DNA of 64,000 nucleotides from Scenedesmus sp. PABB004 (lineage: Eukaryota): the NCBI GenBank assembly GCA_014905635.1, contig JABVCE010000026.1, positions 62,001 through 126,000 of the forward strand, written 5' to 3'. Position numbers and translations under genes: made by a program. Below the pieces are notes generated by a model. The model was not told where the DNA came from and did not search any database. It saw only the letters and a program-made list of their open reading frames with translations. Below, piece after piece: positions 1-11,229 of this stretch. The stretch's first letter is position 1; every line of letters begins with the position of its first letter.

Positions 1-84
1 TCGCGATGCGGCTCCCAGATCCCTCGCCGCCGCTGCCCGCCGCGGCGCGTCCCGGGCGCGCCCTCGGCGGCGCCGGCCACCCAC

Positions 85-184
85 CCGCGGGCGCCGGCGG
101 CGGCGCCTGGCGCTGCGGCTGCGGCGCAGCGGCGGGGCGCGCGGCGGGCCGGGGCCGGGGCGCGCTGGAGCGCGAGCGGGCCAT
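85..184 (-). CDS. First exon of a gene running off the window's left edge; possibly CHCHD2/Mix17-like
   Basis: ATG at 184 reads MARSRSSAPRPRPAARPAAAPQPQRQAPPPAPA, followed by a GT donor at 84. The Arg/Ser/Pro-rich start resembles Mix17/CHCHD2 N-termini, but no diagnostic domain is inside the window. Confidence 0.35.
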
Positions 185-600
185 GCTGCCTGGCTGTGGT
201 GCTGGGGAGCAACCGGCGCTGGTGTGCGGAGCGGCGGTGGGCGCGGTGGAGTCGTGGCGGCGCAGCGGTCCGTGGCTTTGACGGGGTTCACAAGCGTAGC
301 GGGTCGCGACGAGGTTCAACATGCGTTGTACCAGCCAGAGAAAGGAGAGCCCTGGTCAAAAGAACAAGTCAGCCGCCTGCCGCACGCGGAGCCGACGGAC
401 GACGACGTCGGGCGCGCGGCGCCGGCCGGCCGGCGGCGCTCGGCGGTGGCGCCGCGCCCTCGTCCCTGTGCTAGCCAGGCACGTCATTTGGTCGAGTCCC
501 ACGCCCACGCATGTGTTCAGGGGACCGCCCCCTCATCCCCCGTCAGGAAGTGCAGATGGCCGCCGTGTGGGGGCGACCCGAAATGGGGTGCCGGCGCGAG

Positions 601-650
601 CCGCGCCGCGCCGCGCGGCGCGGCGCGGCGCGGCGCGGCGCGGCGCGGCG
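601..650. repeat. (GCGCG/CGCGC)n pentamer microsatellite; also near 23836-23895 and 53860-53910, with an 11-mer variant at 57225-57312
   Basis: Read directly. Confidence 0.85.
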
Positions 651-651
651 C

Positions 652-1626
652 TCAGCCCTGCGTGCTGCCGCTGAGGCCGTGGGCGAGCGGCACCGCCATG
701 CCCATCGCGAGGCTGCCGAGCACGCCGAGGCCCTCGCCCGCGACGCCGCTGCCGCCGCTGCCGCTGCCGGCGGCGCCGCCGGCGCCGGCGGCGCCGCCGC
801 CCGACACGGCGTGGCCGCCCGACGCCGCGCCGGCGGGGCCCGCGCCGCCCGCGCCCGCGCCCGCGACGAGCGTGTTGAGCTGCTGCAGGCTGTTGCGCAG
901 CTGGATGTTTTCGCGGTTCAGCCACGCGTTCTCGGCGATGCTCTGCTGCCACTTCTCGGTCAGGTCCTGGATCTGGCGCAGCATGTCGGCCTTTTCGAGC
1001 GTGAGCCCCTCCACCTGCTTGAGCAGCAGGTCGTTGTCGACGGCGAGCTTGGCCGCCTCGGTCTTGAGGCCGTCCATCTCCCGGTTGCGCCGCTCCCGGA
1101 TGCGCTTCTGGCTGTTGCGATTGATCTCGCGCCGCCGCCGCACGCGCTCCTCCTCGCTCGCGTCGTCCTTGCTCGTGCCCGTCGCCTCGGTCGCGGCCGC
1201 GGTCGCCGCGGCCGCGGCGGCCATCACGGCCGCGAGGTTGGCGTTGGCGTTGAAGCTGCGCGCGTGGTGCAGCTCCGCGAGCGTGCAGTTGAGGTCCAGC
1301 GCGCCCGCCGGCGGCAGCGCCGCGAGGCCGGCCGCGGCGCGGAGCGACGCCGCGCTGCCGCTGTCGCCGACGACGCCGCCCGCGCCGAGCGCCGCCGGGT
1401 GCACCAGCTCAGCGTCGTCGACCGCCGCGCTCGCGCGCCTGGGGGACCCGCTCTCGCACGCGTCGTCCTGCGAGGCGCGGCGCGCGCGGGGGCGCTCACG
1501 GGCCGCGCGCCGGCAGGCGCGCCGTGCGCCGCGCCCGCGTGTGCAGGCGCGCCGTGCGCCTGCAGGGGCGCCGTGCGCCGGGCCGAGCCGCACCTTGTAG
1601 TGCTGATCCCTCACGTCCGCGTCCAT
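652..1626 (-). CDS. bZIP transcription factor (2 exons; intron 1468-1593)
   Basis: Basic region RVRRRREINRNSQKRIRERR followed by a Leu heptad zipper (LKTEAAKLAVDNDLLLKQVEGLTLEKADMLRQIQDL). GT-AG intron of 126 nt. Confidence 0.85.
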   Translation of the reverse strand: MDADVRDQHYKVRLGPAHGAPAGARRACTRGRGARRACRRAARERPRARRASQDDACESGSPRRASAAVDDAELVHPAALGAGGVVGDSGSAASLRAAAGLAALPPAGALDLNCTLAELHHARSFNANANLAAVMAAAAAATAAATEATGTSKDDASEEERVRRRREINRNSQKRIRERRNREMDGLKTEAAKLAVDNDLLLKQVEGLTLEKADMLRQIQDLTEKWQQSIAENAWLNRENIQLRNSLQQLNTLVAGAGAGGAGPAGAASGGHAVSGGGAAGAGGAAGSGSGGSGVAGEGLGVLGSLAMGMAVPLAHGLSGSTQG

Positions 1627-2466
1627 GGGGTGGGCGCAGCTGCCGTCCAGCGGCGCGGTCGCGCCGGCGCGCGACTGGTCGGGGCGGCGGCGGTGGCGGC
1701 GGCAACCGTTTCGGGGGGGGGGGGGGGGTCCCTGGCGCCGCGGCGGGGCCGTCGTTGCTCAGACGTTGAGCTCAGCACGCGGCGGCGCGCGCGCGGGGGC
1801 CCGGCGGCACGCTGCGCGCGGGCAGCCCGGCACATCAGCAGCGGGCTCGCCCGCGCCGCCCCGCCCCGCACGCGGCATGCCCGGCGGCGCGCTGGGTCGG
1901 CCCGGGCCAGGCACGCGTCCTCCACACCTGCTCAGGCGCGCGCCGTGGCTGTGCGGGCCAGGAGGGCAGTCGATGCGTCCGGGCAGCCAACTGCCCGCAC
2001 GCGCCGCCCGGGCGCCCGCCGGGAGCGACGGTCGGCTTTGCTCCGTTCTAACGGGCCCACGAGCGCAGCTCGGCGGTGCCTGCGCGCTGCGACGCCGCCG
2101 ATCGTTGCGCTGGTGCTACACAGCACCGTTCGCGGCGCTGGGCGGGGGATTGGGGCCCCTTCGAGCGGCCGACGTCTGGTCAGCACGGCGGGCGGAGTGG
2201 AGAGTGAATCAGCTCGGCGCGGGCCGACCGCAGCTTGGGTTCGACCGCTCGCGCGCCGGTGTGCCGCCGCGCCGGGGCCGCCAACGCGCTGCACCGGTCT
2301 GATCTCGACGCCGGGCCGGGCGCCCGCTGGCCGGCGGCGCGGCGCGGCGCGGCTGGTGACGCCGCCGCGCTGCTGGTCGACCGCTCCGGTGCGCAACCTC
2401 GTCTCCTTGCCACGCGCCAACTCACGCTCCTCCTCCTCTCAACCCTGCCCCCTCGCGCGCTCCCTC

Positions 2467-4566
2467 TCAGCGCCACACGTGCACGCGCCCGCTCGACGTC
2501 GCCGCCGCAAACACCGGCAGGCCGGCGGGGTGCGCGGCGAGGCGGCTGGGGATGGCGGTGAGGGGCTCGCCCGCGAGCAGGCGGTCGCCGCCCGCCGTCA
2601 GCAGCTGCCTGCCGCTCGCCGCGTCAAACAGCGCGACGCCGCGCCCCATGTCGCCGACCGCGACCGCGTCGCCGCGCGGGGCCCACGCCGGCCGGAAGGG
2701 CACCACCCAGCGCCCGGTGTTGTTGTTGTGCCTGATCACCAGCTGACCACGCGCCAGGGGGAGGGAGCGGGGGGGGGGGCAGGGAGGGGCGGCAGGGGCG
2801 ACACCCGGGCGGCGTCAGCGGGGCACGGCCGAGGCGCGCGCGCATAGCGCCGCACCGCCGCCACCGCCCCCCCCGGCGCCGCCGCCACCGGCCCGCCGCG
2901 CGCGCGCGCGCGCTCACCGCCTGCGCCAGGCTGCCGCTGGGCCCCGCGTCGGGCCCCGCCGGGTCGGCCCACACCCGCAGCGTGTCGTCAAAGCCGATGC
3001 TCAGCAGCCGGCCGCCGCCGTCGGGCGCCCACGCCGCGCCCTGGCTGCTCTTGGAGTGGCTCAGCACCGCGACCGCGCGGCCCGGCGCGCGCGGCTTGGC
3101 GGCGGGCTTGGCGGTCGCGGGGCCCGCGCTCTTGGCGAGCGCGCGCACGTCCCACACCGACACGCTGCCGTCGGTCGACGCCGCGGCGAGGTGGCGCCCG
3201 CCGGCGTGCAGCGCGAGCGTGTTGACCTTGCGCGTCGCGACCGTCAGCGCCGCGCCGCAGGCGCCGCCGCCCGCGTGCTCGCCCGCGCGCGCGTCATACA
3301 CCACCAGCTCGCCGCCCGGCGTGGCCAGGAAGAAGGTGCTGCCGTCGGCGCTCACGTCGCCCGCGGACCAGCCGTCGCCGCCGTCGCGGCCCTCCAGCCC
3401 GGGCAGCAGCGACCACACGCCTGGCGGCGCGGCGCGGCGCGGGGTGGTCGGTCGGGGCACAAGCGCGCGCGCGCGCGCGCACGGAGCAGGGCGGCGCGGG
3501 CGCGGCTGCTGCCGCGCGGCGCACCCGTGTGCACGTCCAGGCTGCGCACGGCGCCGTCGTAGCTGCACGACACGAGGCGGCTGGGGCTGACCCACTTGAG
3601 CGCGGAGACGTAGTCGGTGTGCGGCTCACACTGCAGCACGCCGTCGTACGACGACCCCCCGCCTGCCTCGTCCTCGCCCTCCGCCGGCGCGTGGTGGTCG
3701 AGGTCCCACAGGCCCACCTGCGGCGGCGCGGGAGAGTTGGCGGGGGCGGGGCGTGCGTGGGCGGTGCGCCTCCACGCGCCAGGGGCTGAGGTCCAGGGTC
3801 AGCGACGCGCCGCCGCCGCTCGCCGCACCTTGCCGGACTTGTCTGCCGCCGCGATGATCAGCCGCTGCGAGGGGTGCCACGCCAGCACCGTCACGCCGTC
3901 GCGCGTGAGCTTGGCGACGTCGTCGGCCGCCAGCGTCAGGGCGGCGAGCTCGCGCCCCGGCGTCGCGCGCGCCGCCGCGGCGGCGCCCGCGCCCGCGTCG
4001 CCCGCGTCGCCCGCCTCGCCGGCCGCGCGGCGCAGCAGCGCCAGGAACGCGGCGTCGCTGTCCTCGTCACCGTTGCTGCTGCGAAAGTCCAGCGGCCCGG
4101 GCGGCGCCGGCGGCGCGAGCGGGCCGGCGGTGGCGCCGGCGCTGCCGCCGGCGCTGCCGCCGGCCGCGAGCAGGACGGTGCCGTTGCGGGCCTCGTGACT
4201 GATGCCGCCAGCGAGCGCGGGGTCGGGCGCGACGCCGCGCGTGCGCGCCGACTGCCGGGTCGGCACGGGCGGCCCCGCCTCGGCGCGGCGGCGCTTGCCG
4301 CCGACGCCGCGCTGGCTCGGCGCGGCCCTGGCCTTGGGCGCCGCGGCCGCGATGCCCGCGGCGAGCGCCGGCAGCTCCAGCTCCGCCAGCCGCGCCGCGT
4401 TGGCCGCCATGCGCGCGGCGCGCTCCGCCTCAAACGCCGTGAGCCCGGCCGGCGCCGGAACCGGCCCGCCGCGACGGCGCTTGGCAGGCGCCGCGGCGTC
4501 GGCCGGCGCCGCGGGCGCCTGGTCCGCCGTGGGCGCCGTGTCGGGGCCGCCAGCGCTGGCGACCAT
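2467..4566 (-). CDS. WD40-repeat protein, WDR76/CMR1-like (spliced)
   Basis: N-terminal LTAFEAERAARMAANAARLAEL motif typical of WDR76/Cmr1. WD repeats LAWHP..AADKSGK|VGLWD, SCSYDGAVRSLD, ASTDGSVSVWDVR, GFDDTLRVW, and the signature HNNNTGRWVVPFRPAW. Confidence 0.85.
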
Positions 4567-4900
4567 GCTGCTGCCGGGCTGCAGCGGCGGCGGGCGGCGC
4601 ACAGCGAGCGAGCGTGTGGCTGCCGCGCGCCGGTTTCGAACGCCGCCGTTCCCTGCCGCGCTGCAGGCACAGCGGCGCGCGGTGCCTGGGACTACGGCGA
4701 GGCTGGCAGGCCTGGCTGGCGGCGCGCCGCTGCCGGCCGGGCGGCGTCGACGCCGGCGCTGCTGCCGCTGGAGCGCTGCCGCCGAACGGCGCGAGCACGA
4801 GCTTGCCCCCTCTCGCCACGTCAGCTCTGTGCGCCACTCCGGGCACCGCACAAGAGCGTCGCGCGCCCCGCCGCCGCAGCGCCCTGAACCCCTTGGCAGC

Positions 4901-6258
4901 TCACGGCGCCGCGGCGTCGGCCACGACGGGCGCGCCCTCGACGCCGCCCCACTCGCTCCAGCTGCCGTCGTACACGGGCGCCAGCTCGCCCGTGAGCTCG
5001 TGCAGCGCGAGCGCGAGCACGCACGCGGTCAGCCCGCTGCCGCAGCTGCACACGAGCGGCGCGGCGGGGTCGACGCCCGCGGCCGCAAACACGGCCGCGA
5101 GCTCGTCCCGGCCCTTGAGCGCGGCGCCCGCCATCTCGCCGCCCCGGTACACGCTCGCAAACGGCACGTTGGCCGCGCCCGGCATATGCCCGCGCGCGAG
5201 CCCCGCGCGCGGCTCCGGGTCGGCGCCGCGGAAGCGCCCCGCCGGCCGCGCGTCCACGACCTGCACCGCCAGCGCCGGCGCGGCGCCCGACGCCAGCGCG
5301 GCGGCCGCGGGCGCCACGAGCTCGCGCATCTGCGCCAGCGACAGCACCTTGTCGCGCGCCAGCGTCGCGGCGTAGCGCGGCGGCGCCGCCCCGTCGCCGC
5401 CCGCGCGCCGCGCGGCGTCGGTCGCGCCGCTCAGCGCCGCGCCGTCCAGCGGCGCCTCGTCCACCGGCCCGCCCGCGGCGCGCCACGCGGGCAGGCCGCC
5501 CTCCAGCACCGCCACGCTGCGCGGCGCGCGGCGCGGCGGCGGCGGGCGCGCGTCGCAGGCGGCGGCGGCGGCGGCGGCGGGCGCGCGTCGCAGGCGGCGG
5601 CGGCGGCGGGGCGGCGGCCCCGACGTGCGTGCGCGCCCGTGCCGCGCGCGCCCGCGCCGCGCGCCGCCGCACCGCTCGTGGCCAAACACGCGCCACGTCC
5701 ACCACGCGCGCGGCGCCGCAAACATGCCCAGGCCGTCGTACACGACCACGGCGTCGCCCCGCGCCACGCCCAGCGCGTCCGCGGCCGCGCCGAACGCCGC
5801 CTCGCTGGGCAGCATGTGCGGCAGCGCGCTGCTGGCGTCGCACACGCCGTCGATGTCAAAGAAGCGCGCCCCCGGGATGCGCGCCGCCGCGTGCTCCGCG
5901 CGCGCGTCGCGGCCTGCCGGCGCGCGCGGGGCCAGCGCGGACGCGGGGGGCGCGGCGCGCTGGGCGGCCGGCGGCGGCGGCGCGCGGCGCGGTGGCGCGG
6001 CGCGGCAGGTGGCGCGGCAGGTGGCGCGCGGTGGCGCGTGTGCTCACCCATGGGCGGCAGGTACCAGCTGGCGTCCAGCACTTTGACCTGCCCCAGCCTG
6101 ATTTGGCGCGTGAGCGTCGTGTGAGAGCGCGCGGCGGGCCAGGCGTCAGCCACGCCGCGGCGCGCGCCAGGCCGCGCCAGGCGCCGCGAGGCCGCGCCGC
6201 ACCGCTCCTTGAGCCAGTCGGCCGTGACGACCGCCGGCATGGCCTCCTCCCCGCCCAT
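4901..6258 (-). CDS. 3-mercaptopyruvate/thiosulfate sulfurtransferase (tandem rhodanese; MST/TUM1-like)
   Basis: VVTADWL, VKVLDASWYLP, HMLPS, VVVYD..APRAWW, VLEGGLPAW, DARPAGRF, GHMPGA, active-site loop CGSGLTAC, and terminal YDGSWSEW. Confidence 0.92.
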
Positions 6259-6814
6259 CGCGGCAGCGCGCACGGCGCACCTGCGCCAGGGGCGGCGGGG
6301 TGGCGGCGTTGGGGGCCTGCCGCGTGCGCCACACACGCACTGCGCGGGATCGGGGCCGGGCGGCTCGGCAGCAGCGCTTCACCGCGCCGCGCTGCGCCCG
6401 CCGCTGCGCGCACCTGCCCCGCCAGCGCCCGCGGTGCGACGCCTGCGGGTGCGGCGGACGGGCAGATCAGAGGTGAGCTGGCGGCGAGCGGCGGCGGCAG
6501 CGCGTGGCGCGCCGCGCGGCGGGCGCACCGGGTGCGCTGCGCAGCGGCCGGGGCTGGCCGCGACGGCCTGCATCGCGGCCGCTGGTGGAACTCTGGACGG
6601 GGGGACACGCGGTTGCGGGTGGGGTTGATCGGCGGCCCCGGGTGCAGCAGCGGTTGTAAGGCGCGCTCGTCACACTGCGGCGCCGCCGCCCGCACGCCCT
6701 GCACCGGGCCGTGCCGCCGCGCCCAGTTGCGCGCCGCCGCACCGCCTCCCCGCTACGCACCAGCAGTCGCCCCCGGGCTTGGGCTCCCGCCTGCAGCGCG
6801 CTTCCGAGTGCTTC

Positions 6815-7591
6815 ATGCGCGCCTGCGCGCAGCCGCTGGCCCGTGGCGCGCGCGCACAGGCGCGCCATGCGCCCCACACCGCCCTGCCGCCCTGCCGGAA
6901 CCGGCGGCGGCGGCCCGGCGCCGTGGGCGCGCCGGCGGCGGCGCCGGCAGCGGCGCGCCCGCCCCGCGTGAGCTGGCGGCGGCCGCGGCGGCCCGGCGCG
7001 GCGGCGGCGGCGCCGGCAGCGGCGCCCGAGCAGCACCAGCCGCAGCAGCAGCAGCCGGACCAGCAGCAGTGTCAGCAGCCGCAGCAGGCGCCGGAGCAGC
7101 AGGACCTCGCGCGCATCGCGGCGCTCGTCGCTGCGGCGGGACTGGACGTCGACGCGGCGCTCATCGCGGCCGAGGCGGCGGCCGCGCACGCCCAGCTGTC
7201 GCGCGCGGGCGCGCTGCCGCCGGGGCTCGGCGCCGACGGGCTCGCGGCGCGCGCGCTCGCGCTCACGCGCCTGCTGGCCACCGGGTCGACCTTTCGCACG
7301 CTCGAAATGGTCCGCCGCGCGCCGGCGCTGCTGTCGCTGCCGCCGGGCGCGGTCGCGGCGCGCGTGCTGGGGCTCAAGCTTGCCCTGCCGGCGTCCAACC
7401 TGGGGGAGCTGCTGTTCCAGCGCCCCAGCCTGCTGCTGCTCGACGACGCCCCCGCCGCGGTGAGCGCCGCGCTGGCGCGGCTCACGCCGCTCATGCCGGG
7501 CATCCCGGTCGCCGCCAAGCTCCACGAGGGCGGGACGGTGTTCTGGAGCTTCGTCAGCGTCTTGAGTGAGCGCGGCGCCGCGGGCGCGTGA
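6815..7591 (+). CDS. Hypothetical organelle-targeted protein with mTERF-like helical segments
   Basis: Single-exon ORF from ATG 6815 with an Arg/Ala-rich transit-like N-terminus. Segments EMVRRAPALLSL and ELLFQRPSLLL resemble mTERF-type repeats. Confidence 0.55.
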   Translation: MRACAQPLARGARAQARHAPHTALPPCRNRRRRPGAVGAPAAAPAAARPPRVSWRRPRRPGAAAAAPAAAPEQHQPQQQQPDQQQCQQPQQAPEQQDLARIAALVAAAGLDVDAALIAAEAAAAHAQLSRAGALPPGLGADGLAARALALTRLLATGSTFRTLEMVRRAPALLSLPPGAVAARVLGLKLALPASNLGELLFQRPSLLLLDDAPAAVSAALARLTPLMPGIPVAAKLHEGGTVFWSFVSVLSERGAAGA

Positions 7592-7873
7592 GCGCCGGGC
7601 GCGCGCGGGCGGCGGCGCGGGCGAAGGCGAGGGCGAGGAGTGACGCGCCGCGTCACTCCGGGATACTCCGACGACGCGCTGCTGGACTGAACTCTCTAGC
7701 ACTGTTGTTGCACCCAGCTTTGCAAATAGCACCGACGCCGCACCCGCCCTCTGTGCGGTGCATGCTGCGACGCACGCGGCCGCCGCGCCCCCCGGGTGCG
7801 GACCGCTGACCGTCAGCGGGCCGCGCCTGGCCCCAGCGGCTGCGCTTGCCGGTGGTGGTAAACCTCGTCCGGC

Positions 7874-10800
7874 TCAATACCTGAACGCGCGGCGCACCGG
7901 CGGCGCCGCGCCCGCCGCCGGCCGGCCCGCCGCCGGCACGCCCGCGCCCGCGGCCGGCCTCGCCGCCAGCCAGCCGCCCGCCGCGTTGGCCGCCGCCAGC
8001 TGGCCGCCGAGGCCCGCAGGCGCGCGCACGCCCGCGCTCGGCACGCCGGCCGCCCGCACCCCCGCGTGCGCGGCGTGCACGTGGTGCTGCCGGTTGTCGT
8101 TGCCGGCCAGCAGGCCGCCCATGCCCCCGAGGGGCGCGGCCGGCGCCCTGAAGCCGCCCGGCGCCACGCGCGGCGCGGCCGCGCCGCCGCCGCCGGCCGA
8201 GGGCGCGCGGTTGTAGCCGCCGCCGCCCGCCGGGCTGAACGCCGCGCCGCGCGCGGGCGTGCCGCCGGCGCCCAGGATGCCGCCGGCGCCGCCGGCCGGG
8301 GCGCGCGCAAAGATGCCGCCGCCCGGCGCCGCCGGCGCGCCCGCGCGCCTGCCCGCGGCGGCGAGGAGCCCCCCTGGGCCGCCGCCGCCGCTGCCGGGCC
8401 GGCCCTGCAGCGGCCCGGGCGCGGCGCCGCCGCCGCTGCGGGGCCGGCCGTGCAGAGGCCCGGGCGCGGCGCCGCCGCCGCTGCGGGGCCGGCCGTGCAG
8501 CGGCCCGGGCGCGGCGCCGCCGCCGCTGCGGGGCCGGCCCTGCACCGGAGCCTTGAGGTAGCTCGGCACCGCCGCCACCGCCGCCACGCCGCCGCCGCCC
8601 GGCCAGCCTGCGGCGCGCGGGGGCTGCGCGCCCGGCGCGCCCAGCGCGCCCAGCGCGCCCGGCGCCTGGCCGGCGCCGGCGCCCGCCCGGTGCTGCCTGT
8701 CTGAGCGCGGGCTGCCGGCGGCGCCGTAGCTGGGCTTGGGCAGGTGGTGCGGCAGCAGCCGGATGTCGCGCGGGACGTGGATGGTCGGCAGCAGCGCGGC
8801 GGCGCCGCCGCCGCCGCCCGCGGGCGCGGCCAGCGCCGCCAGGCCTGCGCGCGCGGCGCGGGAGCGCGGGGGGCGTCAGCGCGCGGGCGGGCCGCGGCGG
8901 GCGGGCGCGAGCGCGGGCGGGCGGGCCCCCGCGGCGCGCGCTGTGCGCTGTGCGCGCGCGCGCGCGCGCACCGGGCACGGCGTCGAGCGGCGGCAGCGGC
9001 TGGCGCACGTCGGGCGGGATGGTGTGCAGCCAGGGCGCGGCCTCGGCGGAGTTGAGGATCGCGGCCGCGGTCGGGCGGCGCGCCGGGTCCTTGGCCAGCA
9101 GCGCGTGCGCGACCGCGACCAGGCCCGCCCCGTACGGCGCGCCGGGCCGCAGCGGCGCGTACGCGCCCGCAAGGATGCGGGCCTTGAGCTCCGCCAGGCT
9201 GCGGCCGTTGAAGGGCAGCGCGTAGGTCATGGCTTCGTGCAGCACCACGCCGAGGCTCCACAGGTCGCTCGCGTAGCTGTAGGGCACGCCGCGCCACACC
9301 TCGGGCGCCATGAACAGCGGCGTGCCTGCCGCGGCGGTGCGCGCGGTGGTGGGGGCGCGGCGTGGTGGGAGCGTGGCGTGGTGGTTGTGGTGGGCGTGGT
9401 GGGCGAGAGGGGCGGGTGGCGCGCGGCGGCGCGGCGCGCGGGTGTGCCCGGCCCACACCGATGGTCGTCTGCGCGTAGCGCGCCTTGTTCAGCGCCTTGG
9501 CCACGCCCAGATCGCCGATCTGGTGCGTGTGTGTGTGTGTGTGTGTGTGTGCGTGTGTGTGTGTGTGGGGGGGGGGGGTACGGGCGGCGGGTGGGCGGCG
9601 GGGCGTCAGGCGTGAGCCGCCCCTTCTTCCCGCACGCGCCCGAGCGGGCGTGCGGCCCCGGGCTCCAGCAGCCGCGCGGCGCAGCCCCCCTCCCCCCTGA
9701 CCTTGACGACGTTGCCGGGGCACATGAAGATGTTGGCCGGCTGCCAGGGGGAGAGGGGGGGGGGAGGTGGGCCGCGGGCTGGCGGTGCCGGCTGGCCGCG
9801 CCCCAAGCCCGGCCGCCGCCACGCCCCACGTGTGCCCCCCCCCCCCACACACACACCACCCCCTCCCACCCACCTTGAGGTCGCGGTGGATGACGCACGT
9901 CTCATGGATGGCCTGGGGGGGACGGGTGGGGGGGGGGGGGGTTAAGGGCAGCCGTCGCGCGCTGCAGCTGCAGCGTCGGCCCGGCCGCCGCCGCCGCCGC
10001 GCGCGCGCGTGCGCCTCGCGCCCCATCGCCCCCCCCCCCCACACACACAGCCGGGCGCGGCGCGCCTGCATGCCCTGGCAGAGCTGCAGCAGGATGGCCC
10101 ACACGGTCGCCTCGGGCAGCGGCGTGCGCGCGGCCGCGGCGGACGACAGGAAGCCGGCGAGGTCGCCGGCGGGGCAATACTCCATCACAATGCACAGCCG
10201 CGTGCCTGGCCCGGGCGTGGGGAGAGGGGCGGGCAGGGCGGGGCGGCGGCGCGTGGTTTGGTGCGGCGCCCGCGCGGGGGACCGCGCGCGGCGCGCTGCG
10301 GCTCTGCCCCCGGGCCGGGCGCCGGCCAGCCCTTCCTTCCCCTCCTCCCCCTCCTCCTCCCAGCACCACCCCGCCTTGTGCCCTGTGCCCTTAAACCACC
10401 GGCGGTCCGCACCCGCGAGGAAGGTCTCGTGGTGGCGCACCACGTTGGGGTGGGCCATGCTGCCCAGCACGCGGATCTCGTTCACAGCGTCCGCGCTGAC
10501 CCGGGCGCAGGCGGCAGGCGGCGGCGGGCGTGGGGGCGTGGGGGGCGAGGCGTGCGCGGAGGCACGCGCGCCGGCGCGCGTCGGCGGCGGCGCCGCCGCC
10601 GCCGCTGACGTGTGGAAAGCGCGCGGCGCGTGCCCCACACACGCCGCGCCCCACCGCCACCCCGCGCACCGCTCCTTGGGCCCCTGGCGCGTGAGGTCTG
10701 TCTCCTTCATCGCGTACGTCTGCCCGTCCTCCAGGCGCGTGACCTTGTACACCGTGCCGTAGCTGCCCTTGCCCAGGGCCTTGAGCACCTGCGGCCGGCG

Positions 10801-10936
10801 CGGCGCAGCGTCGGCGCGCGCGCGCGGCTGCGGCGGCGGCCGCGCTCGGCGGCGGGCCTGCGCGGGGACGCGCCCGCGGCGCGAGCAGGCGCCGGCCGCG
10901 CGCCTTGAACTTGGCCTGCGCGCCCGGCTGCGCCAT
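7874..10936 (-). CDS. NIMA-related Ser/Thr kinase (NEK/CNK-like), about 10 exons
   Basis: Spliced MAQPGAQAKFK|VLKALGKGSYGTVYKV, AMKE, DAVNEIRVL, LCIVMEY, HRDLK|PANIF, K|IGDLGVAKAL, TPLFMAPE, DLWSLGVVLHE, then LLPTIHVPRDIRLLPHHLPKPSY and a Gly-rich tail. Confidence 0.92.
8381..8544. repeat. Coding 45-nt tandem repeat (~3.6 copies) in the kinase tail
   Basis: Unit gccgccgccgctgcggggccggccgtgcagcggcccgggcgcggc encodes GRPRSGGGAAPGPL(H/Q) on the minus strand. Confidence 0.9.
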
Positions 10937-11229
10937 GGCCGCGCTGGCGGCGCGCGAGCGCCGCCGCTGCTCCGCTGGGCGCTGGCGGGCCCGCGCCGCG
11001 GGCGGCAGCTCCCGGAGCTTCGGGGGAGCTCAGGAGCGCCCCTCCGACGCGCGCGGGGCCGCGAGAACAAAAAGCGCGCGGGCTCTGCCGCGAGCTCGAC
11101 GCGCCGGACGAGCTCCAGCGAGCGCCGGCAGTTCGACGAGCTCACGTTGAGACCGCCGGAAGGGCGCGCGCAGGCCTTGGCGCTGTCTGGCGCGGCCGCG
11201 CTCGCCGGCGGTGCAGCGAAAGCGGCGCC

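Noticed and set aside
290..420. Protein-like plus-strand stretch DEVQHALYQPEKGEPWSKEQV
   Set aside because: No start or splice context and no recognisable family; it lies between two minus-strand genes.
511..2847. Long Arg/Ala/Gly/Pro-rich ORFs such as 511-2847 (+), 61183-63759 (-) and 37311-39182 (-)
   Set aside because: They are antisense or off-frame shadows caused by stop-codon scarcity at very high GC; the real genes lie in another frame or strand.
8381..8544. Regular repeats as a possible CRISPR array
   Set aside because: Head-to-tail with no unique spacers, in-frame coding, eukaryotic context and no cas genes.
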